Source: Octopus bimaculoides
Lineage: Eukaryota
Assembly (NCBI RefSeq): GCF_001194135.2
Contig: NC_068993.1
Coordinates: 56,135,029-56,199,028, forward strand
Length of the DNA: 64,000 nt
Reading direction: 5' to 3'
The translations under genes and the position numbers were made by a program. Positions 61,594 to 64,000 of this stretch are shown here, piece by piece. Every line of letters starts with the position of its first letter. Positions within the stretch are counted from its first letter, which is position 1. The notes beneath the pieces are model-generated. The model did not search any database. It saw nothing but the letters and a program-made list of their open reading frames with translations, and was not told the DNA's origin.

Positions 61594-63170
61594 CTACACA
61601 CTTCGGTGGAGGCGCAATGGCCCAGTGGTTAGGGCAGCGGACTCACGGTCGTAGGATTGCGGTTTCGATTCCCAGACCGGGCATTGTGAGTGTTTATTGA
61701 GCGAAAACACCTAAAGCTCCACGAGGCTCCGGCAGGGGATGGTGGCGAACCCTGCTGTACTCTTTCACCACAACTTTCTCTCACTCTTTCTTCCTGTTTC
61801 TGTTGTGCCTGTATTTCAAAGTGTCAGCCTTGTCACACTCTGTGTCACGCTGAATCTCCCCGAGAACTACGTTAAGGGTACACGTGTCTGTGGAGTGCTC
61901 AGCCACTTGCACGTTAATTTCACGAGCAGGCTGTTCCGTTGATCGGATCAACTGGAACCATCGTCATCGTAACCAACGGAGTGCCAACCAGGGTTTACTT
62001 CACTGGCCATGTTAGCATCTCTAACAGCAAGAACATAGATAATGTTAACAGATAACAGTGACAATGATGATGATGAGAAAATGGATGAACTTACCGCCAT
62101 CATGTGTGAAGAGGAGAGACTTAAGGGCAGGAATATCGTTGATGTGAACCATAGCTCTGAGAATTTCTTCGATAATTTTGTCAACACTTGTCACATTCAT
62201 GTTTAACAGCAAAATGGCTCTGTTTGTGAATCTTTCAATGTCCCTCGCACCACGGATTTCCTTAGAAAAGTCTTTCATTGGAACTTTCTAGAAATTAAAG
62301 AAAAATTCTTACTTCATCCAGTGAACATCACATCACATGATCATCCAACACCATCTTCTGTCGTTATCATCAGATAATTAACATCAATTGCCAGCATTGT
62401 TCGTTACCATTATTGTCCATTTCCCTAATAGACATCATTATCATCAGTCTTCTTGCTTTCATCTGTCCTTATCAATCATCCTCACCATCACTCATAGTTT
62501 CTATTGTCATTGCTCTTCATCATACTTGTCATCGTTATCCATCCATCCAATCAATCATCACCATTGCTATTCATCAGTCATCAACATCAGTCATTATCAT
62601 CACCCTCATTATCCATCATTCTTACCATCGTCAACACTATCATTAACCAGTCATTAATCACCACTGCTAGCCATCATTTACCCCTGTCATCATCATCATC
62701 ATCATTAACCAGTCATTATAGCTATTGCTGTCCATCAACTTCACCATTGTCATCGTCATCACTATCACCACTGGTGTCTTTTACTTTTTTTTCACTATTT
62801 CTGTCTAGGTTCGGAAATCAAACTTCCCAGCAAGTATAATGCTCCTGTGTTGTGGACCTTGGTCAAGGTACTTCACACAACTTGCCCCTTGATGCATGCA
62901 TGGCAATGGGCTACATTGGACTCATATCAGTTAACAAGCTGCGGTAAGTTAAGGTAATGAGAAATGGTTGAGTGGAAATAGGGGACAGGATGGTAGACAG
63001 GGCACATAGAGGATGGTTATTAGTGTTTCACTCCACTATATAAAGTAGGGAAAGAGAGAAAAAAAGGAGCAAGAGAAAATGGGAGGAGAGAAAGAGAGAG
63101 AGAATGAGAAAGGAGGAAAAACTATTTACCTCATGCCTGGAATAAATAAGGGACCTCTCAGCAGCATAAT
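45221..63170 (-). CDS. SLC4A11: SLC4A11-like bicarbonate-transporter-family protein (BTR1/NaBC1 type); 17 visible exons, about 730 aa, 5'-incomplete
   Basis: All 17 exons join in phase (2195 nt). Diagnostic peptides: [105 protein letters not shown] and YPPNHYIR. Confidence 0.93.
45364..45629. repeat. Long inverted repeat (about 125-bp arms, 13-nt loop)
   Basis: The left arm TGCAGCGTGGAAGGTGTTTATAAG...CTGACAAAA aligns end to end with the reverse complement of 45505-45629. Confidence 0.9.
45781..46110 (+). mobile_element. Composite family E SINE in the last SLC4A11 intron
   Basis: As for the 42403-42790 copy. Confidence 0.8.
46818..46987 (-). CDS. SLC4A11: SLC4A11-like exon ([10 protein letters not shown]...LIPV)
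   Basis: 170 nt, phase 0-2. Confidence 0.93.
47120..47312 (-). CDS. SLC4A11: SLC4A11-like exon ([10 protein letters not shown]...FTEQ)
   Basis: 193 nt, phase 2-0. Confidence 0.93.
48800..49420. repeat. Cryptic ~12-bp minisatellite (ACCAAAGATCAA / AGACCAAAGATC variants)
   Basis: Clear 12-bp periodicity at about 49008-49070, degenerate over about 600 bp. Confidence 0.75.
49443..49616 (-). CDS. SLC4A11: SLC4A11-like exon ([11 protein letters not shown]...GHVYQ)
   Basis: 174 nt, phase 2-2. Confidence 0.93.
50216..50387 (-). CDS. SLC4A11: SLC4A11-like exon (GESFDPD...FMDQNIS...PQN)
   Basis: 172 nt, phase 1-2. Confidence 0.9.
51058..51269. mobile_element. Mariner-derived MITE (about 210 bp)
   Basis: TIRs GAGGGAGTACTGAAAAGTTCCTGGTTT / AAAGCCAGGCACTTTTCAGCACCCCCTTG, followed by TA. 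Confidence 0.75.
51437..51543 (-). CDS. SLC4A11: SLC4A11-like exon ([17 protein letters not shown]...FRDIK)
   Basis: 107 nt, phase 2-1. Confidence 0.9.
52063..52222 (-). CDS. SLC4A11: SLC4A11-like exon (FDSFYNIQC...LFNFKN)
   Basis: 160 nt. Acceptor chosen by phase compatibility. Confidence 0.85.
52295..53145 (+). mobile_element. Decayed mariner transposase in an SLC4A11 intron
   Basis: TIR-like GGAGGTACCCAAAAGTAAT. Peptides MAEMKEQ.., [23 protein letters not shown] and [35 protein letters not shown], with frameshifts and 3' truncation. Confidence 0.85.
53326..53399 (-). CDS. SLC4A11: SLC4A11-like exon ([24 protein letters not shown])
   Basis: 74 nt, phase 2-1. Confidence 0.9.
53787..53919 (-). 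CDS. SLC4A11: SLC4A11-like exon ([12 protein letters not shown]...MQWST)
   Basis: 133 nt, phase 1-2. Confidence 0.9.
54821..54934 (-). CDS. SLC4A11: SLC4A11-like exon ([12 protein letters not shown]...LALYTK)
   Basis: 114 nt, phase 1-1. Confidence 0.92.
56020..56400 (-). mobile_element. Family D retroposon with two internal ~120-bp tandem units
   Basis: GCCAGTCAGGCG(G/A)TACTGGCAACGGCCA..CTC(G/A)AAATGGTG is repeated. Confidence 0.75.
56405..56835 (-). mobile_element. Two tandem family A SINEs (CpG-decayed)
   Basis: Same consensus with CG->TG/CA changes. Confidence 0.8.
57318..57510 (+). mobile_element. Family A SINE, near-consensus copy
   Basis: GGCGAGCTGGCAGAATCGTTAGCACG head and full body. 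Confidence 0.85.
57706..57828 (-). CDS. SLC4A11: SLC4A11-like exon ([19 protein letters not shown]...KGTL)
   Basis: 123 nt, phase 1-1. Translated by hand. Confidence 0.9.
58007..58094 (-). CDS. SLC4A11: SLC4A11-like exon ([29 protein letters not shown])
   Basis: 88 nt, phase 0-1. Not in the ORF track; translated by hand. Confidence 0.9.
58640..58950. repeat. Compound GATA/GACA/GGAT satellite with a ~36-bp unit repeated three times
   Basis: GACAGACAGATAG(A/G)GAGGTAGATGGCTGGTTGGACA x3, then (GGAT)n. Confidence 0.8.
59008..59190 (-). CDS. SLC4A11: SLC4A11-like exon ([13 protein letters not shown]...PETEQ)
   Basis: 183 nt, phase 0-0. Confidence 0.9.
59300..59737 (-). mobile_element. RTE-clade LINE 3' fragment with C-terminal C2H2 knuckle
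   Basis: [24 protein letters not shown] and [21 protein letters not shown]. One frameshift. Confidence 0.85.
60349..60472 (-). CDS. SLC4A11: SLC4A11-like exon (CCSPIV...ANFG...TPTKE)
   Basis: 124 nt, phase 2-0. Confidence 0.88.
61087..61171 (-). CDS. SLC4A11: SLC4A11-like exon (HQLRKTVQ...YDQSWICS)
   Basis: 85 nt, phase 1-2. Confidence 0.88.
61608..61985 (+). mobile_element. SINE family B, full length, in an SLC4A11 intron
   Basis: Highly similar to 4062-4432. Confidence 0.85.
62095..62287 (-). CDS. SLC4A11: SLC4A11-like exon ([12 protein letters not shown]...THDG)
   Basis: 193 nt, ttctAG/GTAAGT. Confidence 0.9.
62330..62770. repeat. Degenerate (CAT)n low-complexity tract in an SLC4A11 intron
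   Basis: Read directly from the sequence. Confidence 0.75.
63130..63170 (-). CDS. SLC4A11: SLC4A11-like exon ([13 protein letters not shown])
   Basis: 41 nt with AG/GT and an open frame, phase-compatible with the next exon. It is short and weakly conserved, so confidence is lower. Confidence 0.6.
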
Positions 63171-64000
63171 CTATAATAATAATAATAATAATAATAATAA
63201 CTTCACTTAAACATTTATTATTTATTATATGGTGTCAAAAGTTAAAATTTTTGTTGCATGTATTGCGATCGGATCCCTGACAAGGATACATTGCATCTCT
63301 TAAGGATAATGGTTTCAAATTTCACCACAAGCCAGCAATTTTAGAGAGAGAGAGGAGAGTTAGTCATTATCATCAATGCCAGTACTTGACTGGCACTCTA
63401 GTTGACCCTGGAGGGATGAAAGGCAAAGTTGGCATCATCGGGATTTGAACTCAGAACGAAAAAAAAGAACCAGATCAAAAGCCACAAAGTATTTTTTCTG
63501 TTCCACGTGAAAAGCACTGATGCTGGTGCCACATAAAAAGCACCCAGTACACTCTGTAAAGTGGTTGGTGTTTGGAAGAGCATCCAGCTGTAGAAACCAT
63601 GCCAGAACAGACAATGGAGCCTGGTGCAGCCCCCAGTTTTATGAGCTCCTGTCAAACATCTAACCCATGCCAGCATGGAAAAATGGACATAAATGATGAT
63701 GATGATGATGATGATGATGACTAATGGCTCTGCCAATCCTCTGCCCTCTATTGTTTCTGAATTAGAGACAAGGCCTGCAATTTCGAAGGGAAAGGGTTAC
63801 TTGATACCATCAACCAGACAGAATGAGGCTGGTACTTCATTGACATGAGAAGGATGAAAGACAAAAGCTGGCTTCAGCAGGATTTGGACGAAGGATATAA
63901 AAAAACCAGAACAAACATTGTAAGACATTTTGCCTGGTGCCCTAATTGATTCTGCCTATTTACCACAATTCAATATGCTTCACATTAGCAAAACAAGAGC

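Overview
Eukaryotic (animal) genomic DNA from a gapped draft assembly. It is AT-rich, dense in microsatellites and has many N runs. The SINE families and gene content point to an octopod cephalopod; this is inference, no search was run. I reconstructed three spliced protein-coding genes by hand, with canonical GT-AG boundaries and consistent phases. (1) A prostaglandin E2 receptor EP4-like GPCR (+, 9918-14025, 3 coding exons, 480 aa). (2) ATPAF1/ATP11, the mitochondrial F1 assembly factor (+, 34630-43050, 9 exons, about 305 aa). (3) An SLC4A11-like transporter (-, 17 visible exons, 45221-63170; its 5' end lies beyond the window), convergent with ATPAF1. The rest is mostly tRNA-derived SINEs of several modular families plus decayed transposons: mariner, maT/DD37D, hAT, MITEs, Penelope-like, RTE, R4-like and Gypsy integrase. 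The best observations are a CpG-decay boundary at about 33.5-34.5 kb read from identical SINE families (a gene-body methylation footprint), a hammerhead-ribozyme-like motif, several intronic fold-backs and inverted repeats next to exons (candidate ADAR substrates), and an unexplained CpG-rich region at 22.9-26 kb with splice signals, a paired M-box palindrome and an orphan ORF. No prokaryotic-type system (CRISPR, operon) is present, and I cannot claim a confirmed new system.
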